Assembly (NCBI RefSeq): GCF_004010195.1
Contig: NC_057719.1
Coordinates: 12,096,332-12,160,001, forward strand
Direction: 5' to 3'
DNA from: Chiloscyllium plagiosum
Taxonomy: Eukaryota
Length of the DNA: 63,670 nucleotides
The translations under genes and the position numbers were made by a program. Position 1 is the first letter of the stretch, and every line of letters begins with the position of its first letter. This document shows, in pieces, positions 12,901-25,503 of the stretch. Under the pieces are notes generated by a model, which had not been told where the DNA came from, made no database searches, and saw only the letters and a list, made by a program, of their open reading frames with translations.

Positions 12901-14197
12901 TATTTTCAAGCCTTTCACAAAGCTGTAAAGATTTTAGGTTTCCAATCCCACCATTTTGTGATTAATTGTACACATCTGTTTGGATTTCACCAACACTGCA
13001 ACTAGTCTTGGAGCTATGCATAATTACATAAATTAGATGGATAAGAAAAAATACATATCATTTTAGATTCATGGTGGCCAACACTGTATCTGTCCTGAAC
13101 TGTATCAGAGGTACTAAGCATATTACCTGATATCAGAAAATCTATCTTGGTGATTTTATACATGTTTCCTTGCCAAATATCCTTTGTGATCATGGTCATA
13201 TTTAGGAAATGCCTCTCCATGTCTTGCCAGAAGTATTGTTCACTGGCTGGAGTAGTGGCCTTTAAAATTAGCTTTCAACTGTCAAAGCTCTTACTTTTAA
13301 AAATCCCTCCCACAGCTGGTAATTGAATGGTAGAAGATGAAAAGTCCCATTTTCAACTTAAGACAAGTGGCAAGGGAAAAAGAGACAATAAGAAGAGAAA
13401 ACTAAGAAAGAAAGCATGTGTAGAGTGTTTATAGAGTGTTTATTTTCATGCAAATATATTCATGTTGGTACTTCTCTCTGTAAGTTACAGTTCATATTCT
13501 ATTGATAAAGCTATTGAAGATATTTCCCTGAGGTGGTTGGCTGCCTAAGGGTGAAAGGTAGAATTGTTACTTAAGTTTTACAATGCACAATAACATTATT
13601 AGACAAATAAAATAATTGCCAAAGTAAAATTGCTTCATTGTATGTTCCTACCTTACTAAAAAATGAAATGACTAAATGCAAATGAATACTTTAATGATTG
13701 ATAATTCACGTGGAATGCAAATTACCCTAAATACCCTGATAAAAAGGCATATATATATATTGTATATGTACAGAAAACAAATAAAGTGAAACCAATATTG
13801 AAGATGATGCGCCAGATTGAATCAATAGACCATAATCTAAATTCCATAATAGGGTGTATTAAGTTTGTCTCTACAGACACAAATCTCACTGACAAGAGAT
13901 CAGTTACATGTCTCAACTGTACCATTCTCCATTTATGTGTTTCAGCTCTAAAAGGAGAGGATATCTAGGGGGAAGGGTCACTGGACCCAAAATATTAACT
14001 CTGCTCTCTCTCCACAGACTCTGCTGAGTTCCTCCAGCAACTTCTGTTTTTGTACAGCCTAGCAGGAGTTCTGTTCTGAATTAGTGGGGGAAGATACAAG
14101 CTTCCTTTCGAGCATTTTATGAAATTCAGCACACCATTTCAGTACACTGAAACATTAACATCTTCTCCAACAGGTAACTAAGACAAGGATTTTTATG

Positions 14198-14351
14198 GAT
14201 GTAGATTTGCTCGCTGAGCTGGAAGGTTCATTTACCAGACATTTCATCATCCTACTAGGTAACATCTTCAGTGGGCCTCTGGAACCTTCCAGCTAAGCGA
14301 GCAAACCTACATCCAGAACCTCAACCTGAGCTACAAATCTTCTCAAAACTC
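14198..14351. mobile_element. Short inverted Penelope-terminal element with 15-bp TSD
   Basis: ACAAGGATTTTTATG at 14183-14197 and 14352-14366; internal inverted arms; same family as 41850-41960. Confidence 0.8.
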
Positions 14352-14458
14352 ACAAGGATTTTTATGTTGATCTTGATGGAACACTGATCATTTAGGGAAC
14401 AAAAAATATGAAAGATGACACGTAGTTATTGTTGATCAAGGAAGTGATAAATAAGAAC

Positions 14459-14567
14459 CTGAAACTGCCCAGGAGGCTTCATCAATTTGCTCAGTTGTTT
14501 CTGTGATGTTATAGATAATGATGTCACAGTCCAGAAGATACTCCAATAGTTGTTCCCTTGAGTTAAA
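14459..14567 (-). CDS. AK7: AK7 exon 3 ([36 protein letters not shown])
   Basis: ttttcag acceptor, G|GTTCTT donor, 109 nt, phase 0-1; matches AK7 LLECDVIIYNITE...EAIWAVS. Confidence 0.95.
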
Positions 14568-15804
14568 CTGAAAAACGAAGGGAAAAATAAACAATTTTTT
14601 CACAGATGTCCATATAAAATGATTCCTAACTATGAACATAATTTTACCTTTCTAAAAAGATTTCCTATAAAGTGTGTTAGATGTCAACTTTTTAAACCCT
14701 ATTTATAATTTATGTCTAAAGGGAAATGTGATTACTTTGGGTGCATATACTTGCAGTTTACTTTTGAAATATCTTCTGCATTATTGAACAGTATTTTGAA
14801 ATTGTGTTAATGGAAATTTAAATACTTTTTTTTGCACCTCCAGGCATGTACACATTGACAACTCAATTCAATTTTCTTCATTCTTCACTTCAAATCTCAT
14901 TAATCACTGTAGTCAAGTCTAATCCTGGCTTCACATAGTGTCTACACATACAAACTTTTCAACAGACGGCCCTGGAATAGAAACCAAGATAGACATCCTC
15001 TTTTCTAAGCACAGACACACGAAAGTGAGTTGGAGTAAGTGGAACTGACTAACTTAGGGAATATTTGTTCTTAGTCAATCATGAGATGTGAGCGTCATTG
15101 CTGGGCCAGTATTATTTCCCTATTGAACCTCAAATAAAAAAAATCAGAACATGCTTGTGATGCTGAGCAGTTCGTCCCATGAGGACAAAATCATTAACAT
15201 CCCATCGCAATTCATTACAAATGGGAAATGTTAGATTATTGATAATGAAAACAGATAGAGACATTTGGTCAGCTTTCCAGTGCATTGGTTAGAAAACGTT
15301 CTGCAGGGAACACAGGACATACAACAGATTAAAATTAAAAGAGCAAAGAATACTAGTAGAGACATTTATAGAAGATTCTGAGGATGACATGGTGAGGGAA
15401 AGAGAACTAACGAAGGTTGGCAAGGAAAGGCGTGACATTGCAAGTAACAGGTCACCCTAACCCAATGTAATCTAATGATAGGGATGCCAATGAGGAAACC
15501 TTTGTAAAGACAAGATTGGAGAAATCCCTCTTATACAATTGACGAGGTTCACTCTAACTAAATAGAGGGGAGAGAAGAACAGCAGCTGGAGAACAGGTAA
15601 GGCAAAGAGGACAAAAGAGTGCTGTCAAAAATCAACAACAGAATGTGAATGATACCTAATGAGTGATCTAAGTCAAAAATAGGGAACTCGGTTAAACTCT
15701 AATGTAGCTGCTTTAACATTGAAACTGGATGTCTTCCTTAGTCTTACTGCACTAGTTCTCATGAAGGCTGTTTTTTGGACATTAACCTATGGGTTTCTTC
15801 CAGA

Positions 15805-16305
15805 AGAACATAAGAACATATAGGAATTTAAGAAATAGGAGCAGGAGTAGGCCATCTGGCCCCTTGAGGTTGCTCCACCATTCAATAACATCATGGCTGA
15901 TCTTTCTCGTGGACTCAGCTCCACCTATCCGCCTGCTCACCATAACCCTTAATTCCTTTACTGTTCAAAAGTCTATCCATCTTTATCTTAAAAACATTCA
16001 ACAGGTAGCCTCAACTGCTTCACTGGGCATGGAATTGCACAGATTCAGAACCCTTTGGGAGAAGAAGTTCCTCCTCAGCTCAGTCCTAAATCTGCACCCC
16101 CATAATCTGAGACTGTGTACCCTAGTTCTAGTTTCACCCACTAATAGAAACAAACTCCCTGCTTCTACTTTATCTATTCCCTTTATAATTTTATATGTTT
16201 CTATAAGATCACCTCTCACATTTACCAACATTGTCGTCCATTCGCTAGATTCTTGCCCACTCACTTAACCTATCTATATCCCCCTGCAGACTTTTAGTGT
16301 CCTCT
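15805..16305 (-). mobile_element. CR1 LINE 3' fragment
   Basis: RGDLIETYKIIKG...RNFFSQRVLNL plus 3' UTR. Confidence 0.85.
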
Positions 16306-16318
16306 GCACATTCGAAAG

Positions 16319-16527
16319 GGGAAAGTGAGATGCTGGAGATCAGAGTCGCTGAGTGCGGTGCTGGAAAAGCACAAGGGGTCAGGCTGCATCCAAGGATCAG
16401 GAGAACTGACGTTTCGAGCATAAGGTCTTCATCCTGATGAAGAGCTTATGCTCGAAACGTCAATTCTCCTATTCCTCGGATGCTGCCTGACCAGCTGTGC
16501 TTTTCCAGCACTGCACTCCTCAACTCG
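16319..16527. mobile_element. Palindromic Penelope-terminal element with intact hammerhead-like core and 13-bp TSD
   Basis: GCACATTC(G/C)AAAG at 16306-16318 and 16528-16540; CTGATGA-A-GAGC-TTAT-GCTC-GAAACGTC at 16434-16461. Confidence 0.82.
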
Positions 16528-16780
16528 GCACATTCCAAAGTCTGGTCAGCTTTTGTAATTTTTTTTGCTTCCCTTTGTGTCTTGAGATGAGTTGCTTTAT
16601 CCATCTGCTTTGCTATATACCAAGCAGTTAGTGACCTGGCAAGAAACCATACACACTTATGTCTACCGAACTATAAAAACTCTAGCTCAGTTTTAAGACA
16701 TAAATTCTGTTTTAAAGAAATTTTAAAATAATAATTCTATAAACATTTTTTTATTTCATAAAGTGAATTTGGGGACTCAC

Positions 16781-16957
16781 AGAGAAGATTTCAAAAGCAA
16801 AATCAGGCTTCTGGGCATCAGGGTTTCTCTGCGTTCCCACCACCTGATATGTCCCTTTGGCCACTGGAATGCTTCGGACTGAATCATTCTCTTCCTCAAT
16901 TTGTTCTTCCTCTAGTGGTGCCTCCAATGATGCTCCAACCACACAGTTAGATAGGTA
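16781..16957 (-). CDS. AK7: AK7 exon 2 (YLSNCVVGASLEAPLEEEQIEEE...KPDFAFEIFS)
   Basis: ttctag acceptor, GTGAGT donor, 177 nt, phase 0-0; matches AK7 FLSNCVVGASLEE...PDFAVETYS. Confidence 0.95.
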
Positions 16958-17004
16958 CTAGAAATGAATCAGGTATCAGAATTTAATCTTTGAATTCAGA
17001 GAAC

Positions 17005-17570
17005 CATACAGTAGCGCACCACAGAAGTAGATTATTCAGCTCATCAAGGCTTCGGCCGTTCACATGAAGACATGAAGCGCAAGTCCAATATTCCTGCTCC
17101 TTCTCCTATGCTGCAATTCCTCCTTCATATATTTATTGAAACCCCTTCTGAAAGTTACTGTTGAATCGTTACCCTTTTATACGGTGCATTCTGAATCCTG
17201 AACACTTGTTGCATTAGATAAAGATTTTCCTCATAATAAATCCAGTTCTTTTGGCAAACATCTGAAATCTGTGCCCTCTTAATTTCAGTCCTTCAGCTAT
17301 TAGAAGTAGTTTCACTTTATTTACACTATCTAAATTCATCATCACTACCTCTATTAAATTTTCTCTTTACTTTCCATGCTCTAAGGAGAACAACTCCAAC
17401 TTTTTCAATCTATATGTAACACTGAAATGTTTCATACCTGAACCCATTCTAGAAAATCTCTTCTGTAGCTTCTGGAAAGCCGAGAAATCCTTCTTAAAGT
17501 GTGCTGCCCAGGATAGGACAACTTGCTACAACTGGAGTGGAACTAGTACTTTATATAGTTTACCATAGGA
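17005..17570 (-). mobile_element. Old, degraded CR1 3' fragment
   Basis: Weak similarity to the other CR1 3' ends in the window. Confidence 0.55.
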
Positions 17571-18166
17571 AATGTTACAAATTGAAATTTGCTAATGGAA
17601 TCTAAATAAGATTTAAAAGAAATTTCTGCACAGTTCTCCTTTGCAATTATTAACTTCCAGCACTGGCAGTCACAGTAAATGTCAATTAGACAGATGTTTC
17701 ATTATGGAAGTGTGTAAAAGAGGAACTTTTAAACTCTGAAACCTATACAGAAGCATTTAACTGCTGCCAAAGAGTAGTAAAACTACTAGTATCAAATTAA
17801 CCACCTGTTATACACCCCACCCAATTTTCAGCTGCTCTCATACAGCCAACTTTATACCCTCTTCAAAATACCTGCTCCTTGTTTTCCTGGACACAGAAAC
17901 TAATCTTGCCAAACTGTAGTCCTTTTCCTTCGGAAAATTAAAAGTCAGGAGGTCAACTCATTGATATTATCAAGTCAAATTAAAATCAGCTTCAACTATC
18001 TAGAGACTATCTATATGTTTATCAAACATATTCTTAAATGTGTTTTTATTGTGCTTATTCTTAAAGAAGTAATGCAGGAACAGCTGTGAAAAATGTTTGA
18101 GGAGTAGTGTAGTAAATGAACATGAAGTTAACAAATCAAAAGCTAGGCACAGAGAAGGAGCACCAT

Positions 18167-18590
18167 TCATAGAGTCATAGAGCTGTACAGCATGGAAACA
18201 GACCCTTCCGTACATGCAACCAGATATGCTAAATTAGTCTTGCCCCATTTGCCAGCACTTGGTCCATATCCTTCTCAACCTTCCTATTCATATACCCATC
18301 CAGATGCCTTTTAAATGTTGTAATTCCCCTGGCAGTTCATTCCATACACACACCACCCTCTGCATGAAAAAGTTGCCCCTTAGGTCCATTAAAATATTTC
18401 CCCTCTCACCTTAAACTTATTCCCTCTACTTCTGGACTCCCCACCCCAGGTAAAAACCTTTATCTATTTACCCTATCCATGTCTCTCATGATTCCATAAA
18501 CCTTTATAGAGTCACCCCTCATCTTCCCCAGGGAAAAAAGCTCCAGCCTATTCAGTCTGTCCCTGTAGCTCTCCCCATAGCTCAAACCCA
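18167..18590 (-). mobile_element. CR1 (HER1-like) 3' fragment
   Basis: Close to 9911-10300 and 32975-33388; CTCTATGA-type tail. Confidence 0.88.
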
Positions 18591-20850
18591 GGATTCTGGA
18601 TAATCCAAAATGGAGGATGGGAAAAAATTGTGGCTGTAACAGCTGCTCCTTTTTTGAGATATTTTAAGTGTTGGAGCTGATTTCCTTCAAATTCCAGATG
18701 CAGTAATTACTGTTTTAAAAGCTGTTGCGTTGTTTTTGAATTTTGGGGGAAAAAGATCAAAACAACAGCACTTTATAAAGGAGGGAGAGACAAAGGCAGA
18801 AATCACATGGGCAGTGATTGAAACGGAGAATTCATATCATGTTATTTCATCTGTCAAGGAAGGCAATACATGTTTCCCAGGTACAATCCAAATGTTTCTC
18901 AAACAGATTTGAATTGTGTTGCCACCATTGCCCTAGCCTCTGTATTAATTTAGTGTAAAACGTTCCCAAACATCAGCCCCAAATTTATCTTAGAATTTAG
19001 GAACACCACAGTCGGAGTAGGCCATCTGGCCCTTTGAGCCTGCTCCAACTATATTACTTTTGTAATTTCAGGTTAAATTATCTTTTTCATTCACCATTTC
19101 TATATTTTACACATTGCACAGTTGCTGCTCTTACAAAGTGAAGCTCTGATTTTCTCAAGTATTTTCACCCAGTTATTCTAAATATATTAAATGAAAAGAG
19201 GAGCAGCAGTTGGATCTTTGGCCCATCAAGCGTGCTCCACTATTCAATACAATCGTGGTTGATCAGATCAAGACTTTAACTCCACTTTTATTTGTTCCCA
19301 TAACCCTTGATTCTCTTGTATTCAAACATCTGTCTATTTCAGCCATGAATCTATTCAATGCCACAGCCCACACTGCTCTCGAGGTTAGAAAATGCCACAG
19401 ATTAACAGCCTTCTGAGAGAAAATCCTTTTCAAGACGTCTTACGGGAGACCCTTATTTAGTAACTATGTCCTTAATTTTAGATTCACATATGGGAAAATA
19501 TGCACCTGTTCTTCCATCAATCACCTTGAATTTGTGCCCTTTGGTTATCAACACTCCTGCCAGTTCAAACACTTTTCCTTATTTACTCTGTTCCAAATTT
19601 CCATGATTTTGAATGCTTTATTCATTTTTACAAACAAGTCTGCTTTCAAGAAAATGGCTCCAGTTTTGCCATGTACCTGAAACCTCACACCCCTGTTACA
19701 GGGGTAAATCTAGTTAACCTCCTCTGCCTCCACTCTCAAATGTTGATTCCCACAGTATTTTACAAAAAACAGAGTGCTGATTCCTCCAACAATTTCTGTT
19801 TTGTTTCAGATTTCCAGCATGTACAGTTGTGTTTTGCTCACTATACTTTAGCTGAGGGGATCAATTCATTACTTCAGCACTTCTCAGTCTCCAGGCTCTT
19901 TTAAAAAATGTTATTTCTTTCACTGACAACAATTTGTAGTGTTGTGCCACAGGGAATTGGAAAGATTTTAACGTGATTTGGCAAATGGAGCACGATATTC
20001 CAGGTGTAAGAACAATAATGCAAAGAAGCGTAATTTCATGCTTCCCAAAGGCTTTCCCACTGTGGCCTCAACTTGAAGCTTGAAAATTATTGTGACTCTT
20101 CAGTGAGAAGTGAGGTCTATGAAAGAAGGTACCTGTCTATTAGTGCAGGAACACAGTAGTTATAACTTGGTCTCAGCTGCACAGCAACTTCCTCCAAGTT
20201 CACAACCCCATTTGTAAAACCCTGGATCAGATCAGATTGTCTCATGGAGCTTGTGGCTGGGGAGCATGTTAGTTTCTGTGTTATTGATCAAGCCAGTTTT
20301 CTAGTTTTTCCTGTGCTTTTGCTGATCCAAGATGGCGGCAGAGTAGGAGGTCCTGAGCCCAGGGCTAGCCCACTCCTCTTTTCTATTTTTTTCCTCATTT
20401 CTCACTGTTTTTCTTCTTTTTATTTGCCTCTAGTGAAGAGCTTAGTCATGGCAACAGCATTGGCAATAATGGCATTGGCGGTGTGTAAGCCTACCACTAC
20501 AATCTCATGGTTGCTGCAGCAGAGGCAAGTTTGGCTTCCCCACAGCATTTTCATCCAGCGCAGACTGATGGAGGTTGCAGCAGAGGCAGGTTTGAGCCCA
20601 ATATACAACCAGGCAGCATCAGCAAGGTAGGCCTGGAGCGGACTCTTGGCAGTGGTGGCGGAGTCAAGTTTGGTCCAGTATGGGACCCAGCAGCATTGGC
20701 AAGTGACTGCGTTGGCGAGTGGTGGTGGTGGCGGCATTAATGGAGGCAAGATGGTGCTGAAGAATGGCAACTCTTGTTCCAGCATGGTGAGCAGACTTGT
20801 GCTGGCCGCCGGTATTGGAACGGGATGTACAAAGTTAAAAATCAAATAGT

Positions 20851-21150
20851 GGGTGGCACGGTGGCTCGGTGGTTAGCACTGCAGCCTCACAGCACCAGGG
20901 TCCCAGGTTCAATTCCAGCCTCGGGTGACTGTCTGTGTGGAGTTTGCACATTCTCCCCGTGTCTGTGTGGGTTTCCTCCCACAGTCACAAAGATGTGCAG
21001 GTCAGGTGAATTGGCCATGCTAAATTGTCCATAGTATTAGGTGCATTAGTCAGAGGGAAATGGGTCTGGGTGGGTTACTCTTCGGAGGGTCGGTGTGGAC
21101 TGGTTGGGCCGAAGGGCCTGGTTCCACACTGTAGGCAATCTAATCTAATC
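20851..21150 (+). mobile_element. HE1-like SINE
   Basis: A/B boxes, CR1-like tail, (TCTAA)n. Confidence 0.92.
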
Positions 21151-21282
21151 AAACACCAGATTACAGTCCAACAGGTTTATTTGGAAGCATTAGCTTTCCG
21201 AGCGCTGTTCCTTCATCAGGTGGTTGTTCACCCAAAAGCTAGTGCTTCCAAATAAACCTGTTGTTATGTGATTTTTAACTTT
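21151..21282. mobile_element. Short inverted Penelope-terminal element (GGAGC/GCTCC stem family)
   Basis: Minus strand CTGATGA-AGGAACAGCGCTCG-GAAAGCTA; inverted arm AACAGGTTTATTTGGAAGC / GCTTCCAAATAAACCTGTT; related to 57121-57247. Confidence 0.7.
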
Positions 21283-21949
21283 ATAAAGTTGAACTTTTTT
21301 TCTTTATTCTTCTGCCTTTACATTGTATTTTGGTTTATTTTTCTGTGTTTTACAATAGCACTGAACACTATACAATACTTTTCACTGTATTTTGTAACAA
21401 AATAATGTGACAATAAAGAAATCAAAAATTCAAATCAGTTTATACAAGTTACTACTGCAATTCTCAGCAATACTGAAAAGTTTCAACGTACTTGAAAATA
21501 CTGTCAAGCTCTATCAGCAACTCCAACAATTAGAGAAACAGATGGAGGACATTAACTATAGGTCCAATAAAACTCAGAAAAAAAGATGACGGCAAAGCAA
21601 AAAGCCAAATCCACATATTCTATTGATGAAAATGACAGATGGCCTCCTGACTCTGTAAACATTTTGCCTAACAGCTAACAGTTAGGAACTCAACTGCGGG
21701 GGTAACCTAACCTTTGCCTGGCAAATACAATGCATTCAGTGTCCTATGTTCAGACATCACTGGCTGGGGACACCTCAAATCAAAGTTGGTGGCTATAATT
21801 CTGCCGAAGGTGTGGACACTGTTGGATACTATATTACAAAACCTTCTGGAATTTTCCCAACCAAAGTTGTGTACACAAGTGTGTGCACAAAGAATTATTT
21901 ATGTGTGCACTCACACATACATGTACACTAGATAAACTTGCCTATACAA

Positions 21950-22057
21950 GCACCTTGGCTTACACACCCATACACTTACCAACATATAATGAACACATAG
22001 GCACCTTGGCTTACACACCCATACACTTACCAACATATACTTATAATGAACACATAG
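21950..22057 (+). repeat. Tandem duplication (about 51-57 bp unit) in CA-rich low-complexity sequence
   Basis: GCACCTTGGCTTACACACCCATACACTTACCAACATATA...ATGAACACATAG twice. Confidence 0.9.
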
Positions 22058-22660
22058 ATGTATCCCTGAATACACACACTTAAAACCCAACATGTATGCT
22101 TATACTCCTCACAACACACTCATACCCTCTAACCACATTTACCCTCACAACACATAACATCTTGTTATCCATACCCCTCTCTCAGTGTCCCTTCCACAAA
22201 AACTTACTCATGACATCCACACATACAGGCACCTCTAACACACATGCTTATCTCTCAACGATGCACAATTACTTAATCCCCCCAATACCAAACGCACAGT
22301 CTTCGTCCACACACACAATATACACTCCATGCCTCTATTTGTTTTGTACTTTAGCTATTTTTCTAATCAACTTGTTCAGAGATGTTTTTACACACCTCCA
22401 GAGCAGATGGGACTTGAACCCAGGCCTCTGTTCTGGGTTCAGGGTAAGGGCACTGCTACCAAACCACACGAGAGCCTCTACACACTGACTCATCACCTCC
22501 AACTCAGCTGCTTAACTCCCTAAATAAAACATTAACCATACACATACCCCTCACAGATACACACGCTGAACCTCCAAAAACTCTTACCCTTCCCCCGCCA
22601 TATGAAAACCCCAACCATCCCAGTAATGCCCCTCAGTAAATAATTTCGGATCTCACTAAC

Positions 22661-22759
22661 TTTGCCTGTGTGGCTCCCAACGAACGAGTCCAAGTGGTTG
22701 AGGAAGATCCGTTTGCTGCGGACTTTGCCAGGTGAAACCTCACTGTCCTCCTCCGCCAT
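22661..22759 (-). CDS. AK7: Adenylate kinase 7, coding exon 1 (MAEEDSEVSPGKVRSKRIFLNHLDSFVGSHTGK)
   Basis: ATG in strong Kozak context (gccATGg); 99 nt ending AAA|GTTAGT; resembles the vertebrate AK7 N-terminus (RVFINLLDSYSSGNIGK). Confidence 0.93.
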
Positions 22760-22769
22760 GGCTGCCCGG

Positions 22770-22850
22770 CGCCCTTGGAGACGCAGCCAGACGGACGCGT
22801 TGCTAAGGGAGTGTCCTGGGCGGGGCCAGCGGACAGCCAAGTGGGCGGAG
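22770..22850 (-). promoter_or_regulatory. AK7 proximal promoter/5'UTR with an RFX X-box-like site and two GC boxes
   Basis: GTTGCTAAGGGAG at 22799-22811 (TAGCAAC half-site on the minus strand), GGGCGGGGC at 22818-22826 and GGGCGGAG at 22843-22850; locally CpG-rich in a CpG-depleted background. Confidence 0.65.
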
Positions 22851-23410
22851 GACAACTCCACCTCCAGCTGCAAAGGGAGGGAGGAGGGAATCCCAGTGCC
22901 TGTCCCCACTGTGTGCTGAGAATGATGCTGGACCTGCAAACCCTGCACAAGGACATGCAGCCAGCCAGTTTGTGGGCTACGGGTTGTAGAAGTGGCAGTC
23001 AATGCCCTGCAGCCAAAAGCGTCAACCTTGAACAGTGTTGGAAGGAAGCACTCTCAGCACTGCATAGCAAAGAAAGTACTGAAGCAGCATCTAGGTAACA
23101 CCTTTCATGACCTTGAAACATCTCCAAAACTATTGGCAACTCATGAAGCACTTTATTGAAGTAATTTTATTGGAAATAAGGTGAAAACCATTGTTACTTT
23201 GTCCATTTTATGCAACAATCCAAAACTAATCATGCTACATCTTGCTTTGGTTCAACTTCCAGGATCTAAATTGGACATAAAGGCCCTAGCTTCTCCAAAT
23301 AACGAATTCATTTTGACTTTGCACCATTTTGAGCGGCACTCCCAACCCTCTCAGATTGCCCAGGAGTCTCCTACAGTCAATAATTGATAGCCAAAGCTCA
23401 GCGGCAAGAG

Positions 23411-24548
23411 ACATAGAACATAGAACAATACAGCACAGAACAGGCCCTTCGGCCCACGATGTTGTGCCGAACATTTGTCCTAGCTTAAGCACCCATCCAT
23501 GTACCTATCCAATTGCCGCTTAAAGATCACCAAAGATTCTGACTCTACCACTCCCACAGGCAGCGCATTCCATGCCCCCACCACTCTCTGGGTAAAGAAC
23601 CCACCCCTGACATCTCCCCTATACCTTCCACCCTTCATCTTAAATTTATGGCCTCTTGTAACACTCTGTTGTACCCGTGGAAAAAGTTTCTGATTGTCTA
23701 TTCTATCTATTCCCCTGATTATCTTATANNNNNNNNNNNNNNNNNNNNNNNNNNNNNNNNNNNNNNNNNNNNNNNNNNNNNNNNNNNNNNNNNNNNNNNN
23801 NNNNNNNNNNNNNNNNNNNNNNNNNNNNNNNNNNNNNNNNNNNNNNNNNNNNNNNNNNNNNNNNNNNNNNNNNNNNNNNNNNNNNNNNNNNNNNNNNNNN
23901 NNNNNNNNNNNNNNNNNNNNNNNNNNNNNNNNNNNNNNNNNNNNNNNNNNNNNNNNNNNNNNNNNNNNNNNNNNNNNNNNNNNNNNNNNNNNNNNNNNNN
24001 NNNNNNNNNNNNNNNNNNNNNNNNNNNNNNNNNNNNNNNNNNNNNNNNNNNATCTGCAAATTTACTAACCCACCCTTCATTAATAAAAATTACAAACAGC
24101 AGAGGACCTAGAACTGATTGCTGCGGAACTCCACTTGTAACTGGGCTCCAGGCTGAATATTTACCATCTACCACCACTCTCTGCCTTCGACCGGTTAGCC
24201 AGTTTTCTATCCAATTGGCCAATTTTCCCTCTATCCCATGCCTCCTGACTTTCCGCATAAGCCTACCATGGGGAACCTTTTCAAATGCCTTACTAAAATC
24301 CATGTATACTACATCCACTGCTCTACCCTCATCCACATGCTTGGTCACCTCCTCAAAGAATTCAGACTTGTAAGGCAAGACCTACCCTTCACAAATCCGT
24401 GCTGGCTGTCCCTAATCAAGCAGTGCCTTTCCAGATACTCATAAATCCTATCCCTCAGTACCCTTTCCATTACTTTACCTACCTCCGAAGTAAGACTAAC
24501 TGGCCTGTAATTCCCGGGGTTATCCCTATTCCCTTTTTTGAACAGGGA
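23411..24548 (-). mobile_element. CR1 LINE fragment between VIPAS39 and AK7 (contains N gap 23729-24051)
   Basis: [35 protein letters not shown]...SGVPQ; 3' tail at 23411. Confidence 0.9.
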
Positions 24549-24873
24549 AGAAATGTGGTAACAGGGATTGCAACATTGCCAATCTGAAGGTCAGACCTTG
24601 CACATCAAAATTCCAGTGTGTGAGAAACAAAGTTTATTGGACTTTGAGTTAATAATCCTAGCCCTTACATCCCAGACAGCTCCATAGTATTGGAAGAATC
24701 TCCCTATAGCGATGGGTCAAAAGGAAAACAAAATTCCTCACACTTCCCTCAGCCACCTTTTTTCTTTTTAAGACCCAAGATAGGCCCGAAGTGGTGCCAA
24801 ACCCAGGAAGAAAATAATAAACTATGAGAACAAATAATGAAGTGCAACATAGAAAGCTACCAAAGTTTTATAT

Positions 24874-25055
24874 TTTATTACAAAAAAGTATTCTTAATGA
24901 GCGACTTGTTTTTCAGTTTCTGTACAACAGATCTATCTCCTCTCATTTTAGAGTAATAGTCAGGAATTATACTACTTATATTTTTAAGTTGTAATTATGA
25001 GTAGTAAGAGAAGGATCCAGTAAATACATGAACTATTCTCTAATACAATTTTATT
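24874..25055 (-). terminator. Candidate VIPAS39 polyadenylation signals
   Basis: AATAAA on the minus strand at 25050-25055 and 24874-24879, about 450 and 630 nt after the stop; T/GT-rich sequence follows the distal one. Confidence 0.5.
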
Positions 25056-25503
25056 CCCATCTCTAGATGTAATCCATAAGGCCAGCTAGCAACATTGTGG
25101 TTAAAAAACAAATTCCAAGATTTCTGTGGTAAAGTTCCCCTCTTATGCTCAGCATTTTCAAATTTTAGCTGGGGGAATCTGGACTTTGCTCTTGTCATTC
25201 ACCAGTCATACTTCCTTCAGCTTACCCCACTCCATCCTGCCCTTCCTCCTTAAAAGTCACAGTCTTGCAATTGATCAACTTGATACATATGAAATATACA
25301 AATGTATGGCTCAGACACTTAATTTATAAGCTCCTATATAATGATTCATTTTTATCATGAGGGAGAAGAGCGTCCGCAATTTTCAGAAGATGGATATTGA
25401 TCATTCTTCCTTGTTGCTGAATGCTAGGATCATCAATCCTCCGACCTCCAGCTCCCTTAATAATCAGACATACAGAAGACATTCCTGCAGAAGTCTTGGT
25501 TCG

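Larger units (their letters stand above)
20327..21430 (+). mobile_element. Non-coding LINE-derivative-like repeat with nested HE1 SINE and Penelope-terminal insert
   Basis: Starts CCAAGATGGCGGC, ends TTTTCACTGTATTT...GTGACAATAAA; related copy at about 44186-44910. Confidence 0.5.

Noticed and set aside
20244..20849. Overlapping 128-141 aa ORFs on both strands
   Set aside because: Low-complexity GC-rich repeat body with no recognisable domain or splice support.
20851..20925. tRNA genes at SINE heads (also 48200, 48797, about 860-933)
   Set aside because: The A/B boxes run directly into a SINE body and LINE-like tail; no complete cloverleaf.
21950..22057. CRISPR-like repeat array
   Set aside because: Only two adjacent units with no unique spacers or cas genes, in a vertebrate intron.
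22532..23002. 156-aa ORF from the ORF track as a single-exon gene
   Set aside because: Only 22759-22661 matches AK7; the rest is promoter or 5' flank and read-through into intron 1.
23694..24080. ORFs spanning N runs (also 53675-53751, 58076-58205)
   Set aside because: Artefacts of assembly gaps within repeats.
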